Below, piece after piece: positions 61,760 through 64,000 of a stretch of 64,000 bases of DNA. The stretch comes from the human T2T-CHM13v2.0 reference genome, Homo sapiens. The translations under genes and the position numbers were made by a program. The notes under the pieces were generated by a model, which ran no database searches, was not told where the DNA came from, and worked only from the letters and a program-made list of their open reading frames with translations. Numbering within the stretch: the stretch's first letter is position 1; every line of letters begins with the position of its first letter. The stretch lies in assembly GCF_009914755.1 (NCBI RefSeq), contig NC_060928.1, one strand, 5' to 3'.

Positions 61760-64000
61760 CATTCTCAGAAACATCTCTGTGATGTTTGCATTCCACTCAT
61801 AGAGTTGAAAACTTCCTTTCATAGAGCAGGTTTGAAACACTCTTTTTGTAATATTTGGAAGTGGACATTTGCAGCGCTTTGAGGCCTATGGTGAAAAAGG
61901 AAATATCTTCTCATAAAAACCAGAAACAAGCATTCTCAGAAACTTCTTTTTGATGTGTGTACTCAAGTAACAGAGTTGAACCTTCCTTTTGACACAGCAG
62001 TTTTGAAACAATCTTTTTGTAGAATCTGCAAGTGGATATTTGGATAGCTTTGAGGATTTCGTTGGAAACGGGATATCTTCATATAAAATCTAGACAGAAG
62101 CATTCTCAGAAACTTCTTTGTGCTGTATGTCCTCAATTAACAGAGTTGAACCATTGCTTGGATACAGCATTTTGGAAACATTCCTTGAGTAGAATCTGCA
62201 AGTTGATATTTAGATAGATTTGAAGATTTCGTTGGAAAAGGGAATATCTCCATATAAAATCTAGAGGGAAGCATTCTCAGAAACTGCTTTGTGATGTTTC
62301 CATTCAAGTCACAGAGTTGAATATTCCCTTTTATAGAGCACGTTTGAAACACTCTTTCTGCACTATCTGGAAGTGGACATTTCGAGCGCTTTGAGGCCTA
62401 TGGTGAAAAAGGAAATATCTTCCCATAAAAACTAGACAGAAGCATTCTCAGAAACTTGTTTGTGATGTGTGTATTCAACTAACAGAGTTGAACTTTTGTT
62501 TTTACAGAGCCGTTTTAAAACACTCTTTTTGTGGAATCAGAAAGTGGATATTCGGATGGCTCTGAGGATTTCGTTGGAAGCGGGATTACATATAAAATCT
62601 AGAGAGAAGCATTCTCAGGAACTTCTTTGTGATGTTTGCATTGAAGTCACAGAATTGAACATTCACTTTGATAGAGCAGGTTTGAAACACTCATTCTGTA
62701 GTATCTGGAAGTGGACATTTCAAGCGCTTTCAGGCCTATGGTGAGAAAGGAAATATCTTCGAATAAAAACTAGACAGAAGCATCCTCAGAAACTTATTTG
62801 TGATGTGTGTCCTCAACTAACAGAGTTGAAACTTTGTTTTGATACAGCATTTTGGAAACACTCTTTTTGTAGAATCTGCAGGTGGATATTTGGATAGCTT
62901 AGAGGGATTCGTTGGAAAGGGGATATCTTCATATAAAATCTAGACAGAAGCATTCTCAGAAACTTATTTGTGATGTGTGTCCTCAACTAACAGAGTTGAA
63001 CCTTGGTTTTGATACAGCATTTTGGAAACACTCCTTTTGTAGAATCTGCAGGTGGATATGTGGATAGCTCTGAAGATTTCGTTGGAAACGGGAATTTCTT
63101 CATATAAAATCAAACAGAAGCATTCTCAGAAACTTCTCAGTGATGTTTGCATTCAGCTCATGGAGTTGAACACTTCCTTTCATAGAGCCGGTTTGAAACA
63201 CTCTTTCTGCACTACCTGGAAGAGGACATTTCGAGCGCTTTGAGTCCTATGGTGAAAAAGGAAATATCTTCTCATAAAAACCAGAAAGAAGCATTCTCAG
63301 AAACTTCTTTGTGTTGTGTGTACTCAAGTAACAGTGTTGAACCTTCCTTTTGACACAGCAGTTTTGAAACACTCTTTTGGTAGAATCTGCAAGTGGATAT
63401 TTGGATAGCTTTGAGGATTTCGTTGGAAACGGGTTATCTTCATATAAAATCCAGACAGGAGCATTCTCAGAAACTTCTTTGTGCTGCATGTCCTCAATTC
63501 ACAGAGCTGAACCTTTGTTTGGATACAGCATTTTGGAAACATTCCTTTAGTAGAATCTGCAAGTTGATATTTAGATAGCTTTGAAGATTTCGTTGGAAAC
63601 GGGAATATCTTCATAGAAAATCTAGACGGAAGCATTCTCAGAAACTGCTTTGTGATGTTTGCATTCAAGTCACAGAGTTGAATATTCCCTTTTATAGAGT
63701 AGGTTTGAAACACTCTTTCGGCACTACCTGGAAGTGGATATTTCGAGCTCTTTGAGGCCTATGGTTAAAAGGAAATATCTTCCCATAAAAACTAGACAGA
63801 AGCCGTCTCAGAAACTTGTTTGTGATGTGTGTATTCAACTAACAGAGTTGAACATTTCTGTTACAGAGCAATTTTAAAACACTCTTTTTGTGGAATCTGA
63901 AAGTGGATAATTGGATAGCTTTGTGGATTTCGTTGGAAACGGGATGACGTATAAAATCTAGAGAGAAGCATTCTCAGGAACTTCTTTCTGATGTTTGCAT
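61760..64000 (+). repeat. Partial 15-mer-type HOR (M9 joined to M14 at 63292), cut by the window end
   Basis: M9 (CTTCTCAGTG...GAGTCCTATGG) is followed directly by an M14-type monomer, then M15-M18. Confidence 0.88.

Larger units (their letters stand above)
1..64000 (+). repeat. Alpha-satellite HOR array, 19-mer/3232 bp canonical unit, SF2-type; probably human chr4 D4Z1 (S2C4H1L)
   Basis: ~171-bp monomers starting CATTCTCAGAAAC throughout. CENP-B boxes (TTTCGTTGGAAACGGGA) alternate with A-type boxes (GGCCTATGGTGAAAAAGGAAATAT). Marker ORFs recur at 3232-bp spacing. Alpha-satellite identity is certain; the D4Z1 label rests on recalled 19-mer/15-mer SF2 organisation and is less certain (~0.8). 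Confidence 0.98.

Noticed and set aside
290-63713. Roughly 200 short ORFs (61-129 aa) recurring on both strands
   Set aside because: They are translations of alpha-satellite monomers: periodic with the HOR, overlapping on opposite strands, many starting at GTG/TTG, with no recognisable domain, and freely broken by SNVs. I used them only as positional markers.
1-64000. CRISPR-like repeat/spacer or prokaryotic defence system
   Set aside because: The segments between conserved motifs are homologous monomer bodies rather than unique spacers. No cas or other genes are present.
1-64000. L1/Alu insertion or inversion within the array
   Set aside because: Every inter-marker distance is explained by whole monomers (plus one 4-bp insertion). 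I saw no poly-A tail, foreign sequence or strand switch.
1-64000. Assignment to other SF2 arrays (D8Z2, D9Z4) or to divergent/monomeric alpha satellite
   Set aside because: The dominant period is 19 monomers with very high copy-to-copy identity, unlike the recalled 11-, 7- and 4-mer units or monomeric layers. An HMM/BLAST search would be decisive.
1-64000. Locating the kinetochore / CENP-A domain or claiming a new biological system
   Set aside because: CENP-A position is epigenetic and cannot be read from sequence. Everything seen fits known alpha-satellite HOR biology.

Overview
The whole 64 kb is primate, almost certainly human, centromeric alpha-satellite: about 376 head-to-tail ~170-171 bp monomers in one orientation, with no genes, transposon insertions or inversions that I can see. 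Monomers form a highly homogeneous higher-order repeat (HOR) with a canonical unit of 19 monomers / 3232 bp, mostly alternating A-type (pJalpha box) and B-type (CENP-B box) monomers. This fits the suprachromosomal family 2 chromosome 4 live array D4Z1 (S2C4H1L); that assignment is from recall, not a search. Numbering monomers M1-M19 from position 18 (my own numbering), the unit order is 23(15+8), 15, 19, 15, 19, 14, 14, 19, 18, 19, 19, 19(+4 bp), 31(12+19), 19, 19, 31, 19, 31, partial 15. All listed ORFs are periodic artefacts of the satellite. I found no new gene-encoded system. The informative signals are architectural: an internal 8+4+7 structure that predicts most deletion variants, multi-HOR duplications (5783, ~6464, 11738/8506 bp), one divergent HOR with a restored CENP-B box, local CENP-B box losses, and a 4-bp insertion that perfects a palindrome.
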